Shown: positions 8,240 through 16,417 of the stretch, one piece after another
How the letters are laid out: the number at the start of each line of letters is the position of its first letter
Numbering within the stretch: position 1 is the first letter of the stretch
Source of the DNA: Archangiaceae bacterium
GTDB lineage: Bacteria > Myxococcota > Myxococcia > Myxococcales > Myxococcaceae
Reading direction: 5' to 3'
DNA: 27,949 nt
Assembly: GCA_043750125.1 (NCBI GenBank)
Contig: JAYVCD010000004.1
Span: 1 to 27,949, forward strand
Made by a program: the position numbers and the translations under genes
The notes under the pieces: generated by a model
What the model was told of the DNA's origin: nothing
Database searches by the model: none
What the model saw: the letters and a program-made list of their open reading frames with translations, nothing else

Positions 8240-9415
8240 ATGAACTTCGATATTCCAAGGCGACGGGCCCTCGACAACCTCATTCGACCCACCCGGGCCG
8301 AGGTGTCTGCTTCGGCGCTGAGGCACAACCTTCACGTGGCGCGAAAGCTGGCGGGCCCCGCGGGGGTGATGGCGGTGGTGAAGGCCAACGCCTACGGACA
8401 CGGAGCGCTGCAGGTGGCGCGGGTCCTCGAAGACGAAGGCGTGGCGATGCTGGGGGTGGCGCTGGTGGAGGAAGGCCTCGAGCTGCGGGCAGGGGGAGTG
8501 AAGGCGCCGATTCTGGTGATGGGCGGCTCGTACGAGGGCGGCTACGCGCTGATGGTCGAGCACCGCCTGACCCCGACGCTGTTCCGGCGCGAGCACATCG
8601 AAGGGTTGGCCGCCGCGGCGCAGCGCAGCGGAAAGCCCGCCACGGCGCACCTGAAGCTCGACACGGGGATGAGCCGTCTGGGGATCCAGCGCGAAGAGCT
8701 GCCCGAGTTTCTTCGCCTGCTCACCGCGGCACGTGACTCGATCGAGCTCGAAGGGTTCCTCTCTCACTTCGCCAACGCCGATCTGCAGAACAACGCGCTG
8801 ACCCAGCTGCAGAACACCCACTTTCGCGAAGGGCTCAGCCGGGTGCGCGATGCGGGCTTCAAGCCGCGGTTTCGGCATCTGTCGAACTCGGCGGGGTTGC
8901 TCGCGCTGGGAGCGCTGACCGACGGGCTGGACATCAACCTCGTTCGCCCCGGGCTGCTGCTGTATGGCTTGCTGCCGGACGCCTGGCTGGGCGGCCACGT
9001 CGCGCTGCAGCGGGTGATCGCCTGGAAGACGGGCGTGATGCACCTGAAGCAGATTGAGCCGGGCACCGCAGTGTCCTACGGCGGCACCTGGGTGGCGCGG
9101 CGGCAGAGCCTGATCGCGACACTGCCCATCGGCTACGCAGATGGCTTTTCCCGCGTGTATTCGGGGAAGGCCTCGGTGCTGGTGCATGGGCAACGGGCGC
9201 CGGTGGTGGGGCGGGTGACGATGGACATGTGCATGATCGACGTGACCGACATTCCTGGAGTGAAGGTGGCGGACGAAGTGGTGATTTTGGGGGCCCAGGG
9301 GAAAAACCAAATCGACGCCGAGGAATTGGCCGAGCTCGCCCAGACGCTGCACTACGAGGTGTTGTGCAGCCTCGGAGCCCGGGTGCCGCGGCTGCTGGTC
9401 GACGGTCCGCGATAG
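8240..9415 (+). CDS. alr: Alanine racemase
   Basis: PLP-lysine motif AVVKANAYGHG, HLKLDTGMSRLG, SHFANAD, HLSNSAG, VRPG, VSYGG, IGYADG, GRVTMDM. Confidence 0.97.
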   Translation: MNFDIPRRRALDNLIRPTRAEVSASALRHNLHVARKLAGPAGVMAVVKANAYGHGALQVARVLEDEGVAMLGVALVEEGLELRAGGVKAPILVMGGSYEGGYALMVEHRLTPTLFRREHIEGLAAAAQRSGKPATAHLKLDTGMSRLGIQREELPEFLRLLTAARDSIELEGFLSHFANADLQNNALTQLQNTHFREGLSRVRDAGFKPRFRHLSNSAGLLALGALTDGLDINLVRPGLLLYGLLPDAWLGGHVALQRVIAWKTGVMHLKQIEPGTAVSYGGTWVARRQSLIATLPIGYADGFSRVYSGKASVLVHGQRAPVVGRVTMDMCMIDVTDIPGVKVADEVVILGAQGKNQIDAEELAELAQTLHYEVLCSLGARVPRLLVDGPR

Positions 9416-9424
9416 GTTTTTCGC

Positions 9425-10213
9425 TTACCGCATCACTTCGCGCAGCAGGTCGGGGCGGTCGGTCATCACGCCTCCGACGCCCTGGCCGATGACTTTCCGC
9501 ATCTCGTAGGGGTCATCGATGGTCCAGACGTTGATCCATTTTCCGCGCCGCGCCGCTTCGTCGCGCAGCGCCGCGTCGAACAGTCGCACCCCCTGGAAGT
9601 ACAGCGGCATGTCGAGAACGGTGAAGCGCGCGTCGTCGACCGGAGGCTCCCCGGACTTCAACGGAAGAATGAACTGGGTCAGGCAGTCGCGCGGGTAGAA
9701 GAGCACCGCCTCGGGCATCGCCGCCGACAACATGAAGGCGATTTCGTCGTGCTCGCTGCCGGCGCAGATTCGGTTCTCAGCGCCTTCGTTGCGGACCACT
9801 TCGACAAAGCCATCGAGGGTCTGAAGGGTCTTGAGCTCGATATTGAATCGAAGCTTTGGAAACAACCGGAGCACCTCGACCAGCCGGGGAATCTTCACCC
9901 CCGACCCGCGCAGCGGAAACGACTTCCCGTCGTTGGGCGAAAACCGGAACCCGGCGTCCAGTTGCTGCAGTTGGGGGTAGGTGAAGGACGAGACGGGCCC
10001 TTCGCCATCGGTGCAGCGATCTACCGTTTCGTCGTGGGCGACGACCAACTCGCCGTCTTTCGTGAGCTGAATGTCGATTTCCAGCATGTCGGTGCGCCAC
10101 AACCGCACCGCGGCCTCGAAGGCGGGCAGGGTGTTCTCGGGCATCAGGGCCGCGCCCCCACGGTGGCTGATGTGCAGCGGAGCGCGCAGCCCGTTGAAGA
10201 AGGGGTGCTTCAT
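9425..10213 (-). CDS. Glycerophosphodiester phosphodiesterase (GDPD family)
   Basis: SHRGG...PENT, EIDIQLTKDG...AHD, NIELK, WTIDD, GVMTDRP. Confidence 0.93.
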   Translation of the reverse strand: MKHPFFNGLRAPLHISHRGGAALMPENTLPAFEAAVRLWRTDMLEIDIQLTKDGELVVAHDETVDRCTDGEGPVSSFTYPQLQQLDAGFRFSPNDGKSFPLRGSGVKIPRLVEVLRLFPKLRFNIELKTLQTLDGFVEVVRNEGAENRICAGSEHDEIAFMLSAAMPEAVLFYPRDCLTQFILPLKSGEPPVDDARFTVLDMPLYFQGVRLFDAALRDEAARRGKWINVWTIDDPYEMRKVIGQGVGGVMTDRPDLLREVMR

Positions 10214-10214
10214 T

Positions 10215-10870
10215 TCACTGACCTTTGAACACCGGGGCCCGCTTCTCGTTGTAGGCGCGAATTCCCTCGGTGGCGTCGTCGCTGGTGAACAGCCGCTGTT
10301 GCAGCTCCCGCTCGAGCGCCAGCGCTTCGGCCGCTGCGAACGTGCGGCCCTCGATCATCAGCTCGATCGCTTTTGCTTTCCCCAGCAGGCGGGCCAGTCG
10401 CTGGGTTCCTCCGGTGCCGGGCAGCACGCCCAGGTTCACTTCGGGCAGGCCCACCTTGAAGTTCCCTTTGGCCGCAAACCGCAGATCTGCGGCGAGCGCG
10501 ACCTCGAGGCCCCCTCCGACGCAGTGACCGTTGATCGCGGCGATCACCAACTTCGAAGTCTGCTCGAGGCGCTGCAACGTCTCGTTGGCGTGGAGGCAAA
10601 ACGCATACTTAAAGGTCGGCGTCACGTCTGCGAGCATCTGGATGTTCGCGCCGGCGCAGAAGAACCTGGCCCCGCGCCGGTGATCATGATCACGTGAACG
10701 CCTTCGTCGAACCGCGCGCGCAAGATCGCCTCGTCGAGCTGGCGCATCATCGGGTAGCTGTAGGTGTTGGCGGGAGGGTCGCTGAGCGTCAACAGCGCGA
10801 CCCCTTTGTGTACCGCGTATTCCACCAGCAACTGCTCTGACGGCTTCGTCCAATCGGGCTTGTCGGTCAT
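10215..10870 (-). pseudogene. Enoyl-CoA hydratase/isomerase with a 1-nt frameshift and an internal in-frame deletion (pseudogene or assembly error)
   Basis: The N-terminus MTDKPDW...GVALLTLSDPPANTY...IMITGAG (from 10870) switches frame at a G4 run (C4 on the + strand, 10670-10673) into ARFFCAGANI...GGGLEVALAAD...GLPEVNLGVLPGTGGTQRL...EKRAPVFKGQ. The segment between AEALA and LERELQ is missing compared with the paralog at 14768. Confidence 0.85.
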
Positions 10871-10879
10871 GGGTCTTCT

Positions 10880-12079
10880 TCAAACCGCTTCGAAGGTGGC
10901 GGCAATTCCCTGTCCGACGCCGATGCACATCGTGGCGAGACCTTTTTTCGATCCGCGCGCCTTCATCGCGTGCAGCAGCGTGGTGACGATGCGCGCGCCG
11001 CTCGAGCCCAGCGGGTGACCCAGCGCGATTCCACCCCCGTGGACGTTGACCTTCGCCGGGTCGAGACCGAGGTCTGCAATGCAGGCCAGCGCCTGGGCCG
11101 CGAAGGCCTCGTTCAGCTCGATCAGATCCAGCTGGGCCGCTGTCCACCCGGCGCGGGCCAGCGCCTTCTTCGAGGCGGGCACGGGGCCGAGCCCCATCAA
11201 CCGGGGGCTGACTCCTGCAGTGCCAGAAGAAACGTAGCGGGCCAGGGGGCGTTTGCCGAACGTCGTTGCGACCGCCTCGCTCATCAGCAGCATGGCCGAG
11301 GCCCCGTCGTTGAGGGTCGACGAATTGCCGGCGGTCACGCTGCCGCCTTCGCGGAATGCGGCCTTGAGCGTCGAGAGCTTTTCGATCGTCGAGTCGGCGC
11401 GCGGACCTTCGTCGGCGTCCACCCGCACGCTGGGACCTTTCTTCTGGACCACCTCGACCGGAACCCGTTCGGCGGCGAAGTGACCCGCTTGCTGCGCGGC
11501 GATCGCCTTCTGGTGCGACTGCAGCGCGAAGAGGTCTTGATCGGCGCGCGAGATCTTCCACTGCTCAGCCACGTTCTCGGCGGTCTCGCCCATTTGCTCG
11601 AGGGGGAACAGCGCGGCGAGCCTGGGGTTCGGGTAGCGCCAGCCCAGCGAGGTGTCGAAGATTTCCATCTTCCCGGTCGGAAAACCGTCGGCGGGCTTGG
11701 GCATCGACCAGGGGGCCCGGGTCATCGACTCGACTCCTCCGGCGATCACGATCTCGGCGTCCCCCGCCTGGATCATTCGGGCGCCGGCGATCACCGCCTC
11801 GAGCCCACTGCCGCACAGGCGATTGACGGTCGCTGCGGGCACCGACTCGGGAAGCCCCGCCAACAACAGCGCCATGCGAGCGACGTTCCGGTTGTCCTCG
11901 CCGGCCTGATTCGCGCAGCCGAAGTACAGCTCGTCGACTCTGGCCCCTTCGAGTCCGGTGCGCTCGATCAGGGCTCGAATGGCAACCGCGGCCAGGTCGT
12001 CGGCCCGCACCGTGCGCAGCGCGCCATTGTGCTTCCCGATCGGGGTTCGAACTGCATCGATGACGAAGACGTTGGGCAT
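10880..12079 (-). CDS. Acetyl-CoA C-acyltransferase (thiolase), PcaF/PaaJ (3-oxoadipyl-CoA thiolase) type
   Basis: [16 protein letters not shown] (PcaF/PaaJ subfamily signature), active-site Cys in [28 protein letters not shown]. Confidence 0.93.
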   Translation of the reverse strand: MPNVFVIDAVRTPIGKHNGALRTVRADDLAAVAIRALIERTGLEGARVDELYFGCANQAGEDNRNVARMALLLAGLPESVPAATVNRLCGSGLEAVIAGARMIQAGDAEIVIAGGVESMTRAPWSMPKPADGFPTGKMEIFDTSLGWRYPNPRLAALFPLEQMGETAENVAEQWKISRADQDLFALQSHQKAIAAQQAGHFAAERVPVEVVQKKGPSVRVDADEGPRADSTIEKLSTLKAAFREGGSVTAGNSSTLNDGASAMLLMSEAVATTFGKRPLARYVSSGTAGVSPRLMGLGPVPASKKALARAGWTAAQLDLIELNEAFAAQALACIADLGLDPAKVNVHGGGIALGHPLGSSGARIVTTLLHAMKARGSKKGLATMCIGVGQGIAATFEAV

Positions 12080-12083
12080 GGGG

Positions 12084-13115
12084 TCAGCTCACGGTGAGAA
12101 CGACATTGCCAAAGCTCGCTCGGCTGCTGAGCAATTGGTGGGCTTGCGCGGCTTGCTCGAGCGGCAGGGTGCGATCGAGCACGGGCTTCAGCTTGCCTTC
12201 CTCGACCAGCTGCAGAATTTTGAACAGGTCGCCTTTGCTGCCCATCGTCGAGCCGAGCAGCGAGATGCGCTTGTAGAAGAGGACGGTGAGGTTGAGCTTC
12301 ACCTCGTTGCCGCTGGTCGCTCCGCAGGTGACGAGGCGGCCGCCGTAGGGCAGGCAGGCGATGCTCTTTTCGAAGGTCTCGCCTCCGACGTGCTCGAACA
12401 CCACATCGACCAGCCGCTTCTGGGTGAGCCGTTTGACCTCTTCGACGAAGTCGGCAGTGGCGTAGTTGATGACGTGGTCCGCGCCGAGCTCTTTGGCTTT
12501 CGCGAGCTTGGCTTCCGTCGAGCCGGTGGCGATCACCTTCGCGCCAAGCAGCTTCGAGATCTGGATCGCCGCGCTGCCGACTCCCGAACCTCCGGCCTGA
12601 ACGAGGACGGTCTCGCCGGCGGTCAGCTGGGCGCGGCGAACCAACATCGTCCAGGCGGTGAGGAAGGTCAGCGGCAGGCAGGCGGCCTGCTCGAAGCTCA
12701 TCCCCTTGGGCTTGGGAAGAATGTTTTGCCGGGGGACGCAGACGTACTCTGCGTAGCCGCCCGCGACGTGCTCGCCGATGACTTTATAGGTCCGGCACAG
12801 GTTGTCTTCGCCGCGCAGGCACCGCTCGCAGGCCCCGCAGGACAGCCCGGGGTTGACCACCACCTCGAGCCCCAGGGCGACGTCGGTGACTTCGGCGCCG
12901 ACCGCATCGACGACCCCGGCGATGTCGCTGCCCAGCACGTGCGGCAGGGCCAGCTTCAGTCCGGGCCAACCTTTTCGGGTCCAGACATCGAGGTGGTTGA
13001 GCGCGACCGCCTTCACCTTGATCCGCACTTCGCGGGCTTTGGGCTCGGGAATGGGGAGGTCGAGCTGTTCCAACACTTCAGGGCCGCCGTGCCGGGAAAA
13101 ACCCACCGCTTTCAT
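12084..13115 (-). CDS. Zinc-binding MDR-superfamily dehydrogenase / quinone-oxidoreductase-like protein
   Basis: Start refined to ATG 13115 (SD-like GAAGGA upstream). Structural Zn motif CGACERC...NLC; AGGSGVG nucleotide-binding loop; NHLD and GSD replace the catalytic Zn Cys and GHE. Confidence 0.9.
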   Translation of the reverse strand: MKAVGFSRHGGPEVLEQLDLPIPEPKAREVRIKVKAVALNHLDVWTRKGWPGLKLALPHVLGSDIAGVVDAVGAEVTDVALGLEVVVNPGLSCGACERCLRGEDNLCRTYKVIGEHVAGGYAEYVCVPRQNILPKPKGMSFEQAACLPLTFLTAWTMLVRRAQLTAGETVLVQAGGSGVGSAAIQISKLLGAKVIATGSTEAKLAKAKELGADHVINYATADFVEEVKRLTQKRLVDVVFEHVGGETFEKSIACLPYGGRLVTCGATSGNEVKLNLTVLFYKRISLLGSTMGSKGDLFKILQLVEEGKLKPVLDRTLPLEQAAQAHQLLSSRASFGNVVLTVS

Positions 13116-13234
13116 GTTTGTTCCTTCGCGCTCGCGCACGCTTCAAGGGGCGGCCGTCACGCTTGCGTGGCTTGCTGCCCGGGATTGCGGCTTGTAAGAG
13201 GGCGCCTGTCGAAAATCCACAGGAGAAGTCCCCG

Positions 13235-14761
13235 ATGCAGGCTCGTTCGCTCTCGATGTTCGTTGCGGCTTTGACCCTCAGTGTCCTGGTCGCCTGTGGT
13301 CCGGCGCGCGGAGGGGCCGGCGGAGGCGGCACGGCGACAGGAGGAGGAGGAGGAGGCAGCGGCACCGGCGGAGGCACCGCAGCGGGCGGGGGCAGCGGCG
13401 GAGGATCCGGTGGTGGCCAGGGCGGCGGCACCCCATTCACCTGCGCTCAGAGCTGCGCCGGGTGCTGCGATTCGGCCGGAGTCTGCCAGCTGGGCACCGC
13501 CGGGGCGGCCTGTGGAATCGGCGGCGCAAGCTGCGCTTCGTGTGCGGCGACTGCGAGCTGCGTGAGCAACGCCTGTCGCACGGCCAACTGCGCCACCTGC
13601 ACCCTGGCGGCGGCTTGTCAGAGCACGCTGAGCAATACCGTTTGTGGCAGCGGGGGCATCGCGTGCCTCGACTGCGCGGCCAGCGGCGGGGCGACGTGCA
13701 ACCTCGACGCGGGCGTCTGTACCGGAGGCACCTGCGCGGGTTGCCGCGACGCGACCGGCGCCTGCCTGGGCGGCAACACCAAGGGCGCCTGTGGAGTCGG
13801 GGGCGGAAGCTGCTCCAGCTGCGGCGGAAGCAACGTCTGCGTCAGCGGCGCCTGCATGGGGACCGGCAATTTTGCGTACGACGGCGGGACGACCATCTCG
13901 GCGATCCGGGGCGCGGCGTTCTGCAGTGAGAAAGTGAAGCTGAAGAACGTCGTGATCACTTCGATCGCCAACTCGTTCGCGGGGACGGCCGGCGATTACC
14001 AGGCCCAGTTCTGGGTCGGAGATCCGGCGAAATTGAAAGACGGAATCTACGTCGACAAGTTCTTCACCGACCCCAGCATTCCCGCGAAGTTCGAGCCGAA
14101 GACGGGCCAGATCGTCGACATCGAAGGGTACACCTTCAAGCAGTCGAAGTTCACCGACCGCATCGCCTACCGGGTGACTCTGAAGAGCCAATTCAGCTGC
14201 ATCGGGCCGGACGGCGGCTTCTACAACCCGGCCGGGCCGCTCACGGTGACGCTGATCGACGCGGGGACGTTGCCTGCTGCGCCGATGGCTCCCGCGGGCT
14301 TCGGCAACGCGATGGGCGGAACGGTCAAGGCCAATTCGGACTACCGGTCGGCGCGGGTGTTCGTCCCGGGCCCGCTGACGATCACCAACCCCAGCCCCCA
14401 GGCGTTGAAGCGCGTCTCGCTCGACCCCACCGACACGACCTACTTCGGCTTCGAAGTGACCGGCGGGATTCTCGTCAACAACTTCAACACCTTCGACCGA
14501 TTTCAGGCCGACGCCGGTCTGCAGGTGCGCTGCGACTACCGCAAGATGATGCTCGACGGGGGCAGCGTGGTGTTCCCCAACGGGATCACCGCCGTCTACG
14601 ACACCTATTCGCACGCCTCGTGCGAGGACGGCGGGACCAGCTGTCCGGCCACCGCCCGCCGCAACGCGGGAATCGTGCCTGGCACCACCAACGACTTCAC
14701 CTACGTGCTCTACCCGGCCGACTGCACCGAGTTGGTGGGTCAGTACGACGCGGGCCAGTAG
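13235..14761 (+). CDS. Cys-rich repeat lipoprotein with Gly linker and C-terminal domain of unknown function (possible OB-fold-like segment)
   Basis: AGGAG at 13221-13225 and ATG at 13235; lipobox LVAC; poly-Gly linker; three Cys repeats like those in 2502..3407; KVKLKNVVIT...FWVGDP...GIYV...GQIVDIEG resembles extracellular OB-fold patterns. Confidence 0.85.
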   Translation: MQARSLSMFVAALTLSVLVACGPARGGAGGGGTATGGGGGGSGTGGGTAAGGGSGGGSGGGQGGGTPFTCAQSCAGCCDSAGVCQLGTAGAACGIGGASCASCAATASCVSNACRTANCATCTLAAACQSTLSNTVCGSGGIACLDCAASGGATCNLDAGVCTGGTCAGCRDATGACLGGNTKGACGVGGGSCSSCGGSNVCVSGACMGTGNFAYDGGTTISAIRGAAFCSEKVKLKNVVITSIANSFAGTAGDYQAQFWVGDPAKLKDGIYVDKFFTDPSIPAKFEPKTGQIVDIEGYTFKQSKFTDRIAYRVTLKSQFSCIGPDGGFYNPAGPLTVTLIDAGTLPAAPMAPAGFGNAMGGTVKANSDYRSARVFVPGPLTITNPSPQALKRVSLDPTDTTYFGFEVTGGILVNNFNTFDRFQADAGLQVRCDYRKMMLDGGSVVFPNGITAVYDTYSHASCEDGGTSCPATARRNAGIVPGTTNDFTYVLYPADCTELVGQYDAGQ

Positions 14762-14767
14762 CGCGCC

Positions 14768-15520
14768 GTGCCGATCGTCAACGCCACGATTCGGCCTGAT
14801 GGGGTCGCGCACCTCGAGCTCAATCGGCCCGAGGTGCGCAACGCGATCAACCTCGAGATGATCCAGGCGCTGCATGCCCAGCTCGACGCGTGGGCAGTGC
14901 ACGACGGGGTGCAGTGCGTCGTCGTTTCCGGGGCTGGCGGAAAGGCGTTCGCGGGTGGAGCCGACATCGCCGAGCTGCGCGAGCGGACCCACGTCGAGAG
15001 CTTCTGGGGGGTGAACCAGACGCTGTTTCAAAAGCTCGAAGACTTTCCCCGGCCCACGATCGCCGCGATTGACGGCTTTGCGTTGGGGGGAGGACTCGAG
15101 CTCGCCCTGGCCTGCGATCTGCGGGTCGCCTCGAAGGGGGCGAAGGTCGGGCTGCCGGAAGTCACCCTGGGCATCTACCCTGCCGCCGGCGGCACCTGGC
15201 GACTGCCGCGGCTGGTGGGCCTGGGGCGGGCCAAAGAGCTGGTCTTCACCGGGCGAGTCGTGGACGCCGAAGAGGCCCACGGGTGGGGGCTGTTCGAGAC
15301 GCTGGTCGACACCGATGCGCTCAGCGCGGCCTTCGAGCTGGCAGGGGCGATCGCGAAAAATGCTCCGCTCGCGTTGCAGGTGGCCAAGGTGTCCCTCAAT
15401 GCGCTGGCCCGCGGCGACAACCCGACCTCGATTGAGCGTCTGGGCCAGGCGCTGCTGTTCGATTCGCCCGAGAAACGGACCCGGATGACGGCCTTTCTCG
15501 AAAAGCGAAACAAGAAGTAG
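14768..15520 (+). CDS. Enoyl-CoA hydratase/isomerase (crotonase family)
   Basis: LNRPEVRNA, FAGGADI, GGGLELALACD, GLPEVTLG (both catalytic Glu present), AFLEKR. Confidence 0.93.
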   Translation: MPIVNATIRPDGVAHLELNRPEVRNAINLEMIQALHAQLDAWAVHDGVQCVVVSGAGGKAFAGGADIAELRERTHVESFWGVNQTLFQKLEDFPRPTIAAIDGFALGGGLELALACDLRVASKGAKVGLPEVTLGIYPAAGGTWRLPRLVGLGRAKELVFTGRVVDAEEAHGWGLFETLVDTDALSAAFELAGAIAKNAPLALQVAKVSLNALARGDNPTSIERLGQALLFDSPEKRTRMTAFLEKRNKK

Positions 15521-15565
15521 CCGGCCCCGGTCGCTGCTACCGTCTTGCGCCGGAGTGAAACCCTG

Positions 15566-16417
15566 ATGACCACGATGACGCACGTTGCAGTTCTGGGTGC
15601 CGGCACCATGGGGCATGGAATCGCTCACGTCTGCGCGACGGCGGGGCTCCAGGTCGTCCTCTACGATGTCACCCTCGCGATGGCGCAGGCCGGGGTGGAC
15701 AAAATCCGGAAGAACCTCGAGGTCGGGGTCGAGAAGAAAAAAGTGACTGCCGCGGAGCGTGATGCGGCCCTGAAGGCGATCACCGCCACTTCGACGTTGA
15801 ACGATGTCGCGCCCTGCCAACTGGTGATCGAAGCGATTCCCGAAAAGATGGAACTGAAGCAGAAGGTCTTCAAAGAACTCTCGGCGATTTGCGCGCCCGA
15901 CGCGCTGTTGGCCAGCAACACCAGCTCGCTGTCGCTGACCGAGATCGCGGCCGCGGCGACGAACCCGCAGCGGGTGGTGGGGATGCACTTCTTCAACCCC
16001 GTGCACCTGATGAAGCTGCTCGAGGTCGTCCGCGCGTACCAGACTTCGGACGCCTCGATCGCGGCCGCCTGCGCCTTCGGAGAGAAGATCGCAAAGCAGT
16101 GGGTGGTGGTGAAGGACTCGCCCGGCTTCGCCTCGACCCGCCTGGGGATTGCGATCGGCCTGGAAGCGGTGCGGATGCTGGAAGAAGGAGTGGCGTCGGC
16201 TGCCGACATCGATCGCGCGATGGAGCTGGGTTACGGCCACCCGATGGGCCCGTTGAAGTTGGGAGATCTGGTCGGGCTCGACGTTCGGCTGGCGATCGCC
16301 GAATACCTTTACGCCGAGCTTGGTTCTCCGACGTTCCGTCCGCCCCAGCTGCTCAAGAAGATGGTTCGCGCAGGTAAGCTTGGGAAGAAGTCTGGGGAAG
16401 GCTTCTACAAGTATTGA
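15566..16417 (+). CDS. 3-hydroxyacyl-CoA (3-hydroxybutyryl-CoA type) dehydrogenase
   Basis: GGAG at 15552-15555 and ATG at 15566; GAGTMG, IEAIPE, SNTSS, GMHFFNP, DSPGF, HPMGP, LGKKSGEGFY. Confidence 0.95.
   Translation: MTTMTHVAVLGAGTMGHGIAHVCATAGLQVVLYDVTLAMAQAGVDKIRKNLEVGVEKKKVTAAERDAALKAITATSTLNDVAPCQLVIEAIPEKMELKQKVFKELSAICAPDALLASNTSSLSLTEIAAAATNPQRVVGMHFFNPVHLMKLLEVVRAYQTSDASIAAACAFGEKIAKQWVVVKDSPGFASTRLGIAIGLEAVRMLEEGVASAADIDRAMELGYGHPMGPLKLGDLVGLDVRLAIAEYLYAELGSPTFRPPQLLKKMVRAGKLGKKSGEGFYKY

Noticed and set aside
10871..11561. Apparent long N-terminal extension or thiolase-hydratase fusion in ORF 10215..11561
   Set aside because: Off-frame read-through over the thiolase caused by the frameshift. 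The thiolase has its own stop at 10880 and the hydratase its own ATG at 10870.
13340..13354. (GGA)5 trinucleotide run as a possible contingency repeat
   Set aside because: In-frame poly-Gly linker codons; slippage would not change frame and the tract is short.
13157..16240. 1027-aa minus-strand ORF, and similar long antisense ORFs (16405..18576, 19467..20915, 11958..13274, 8048..9352, 346..918)
   Set aside because: Shadow ORFs opposite well-supported genes; expected with high GC3 codon bias; no motifs.
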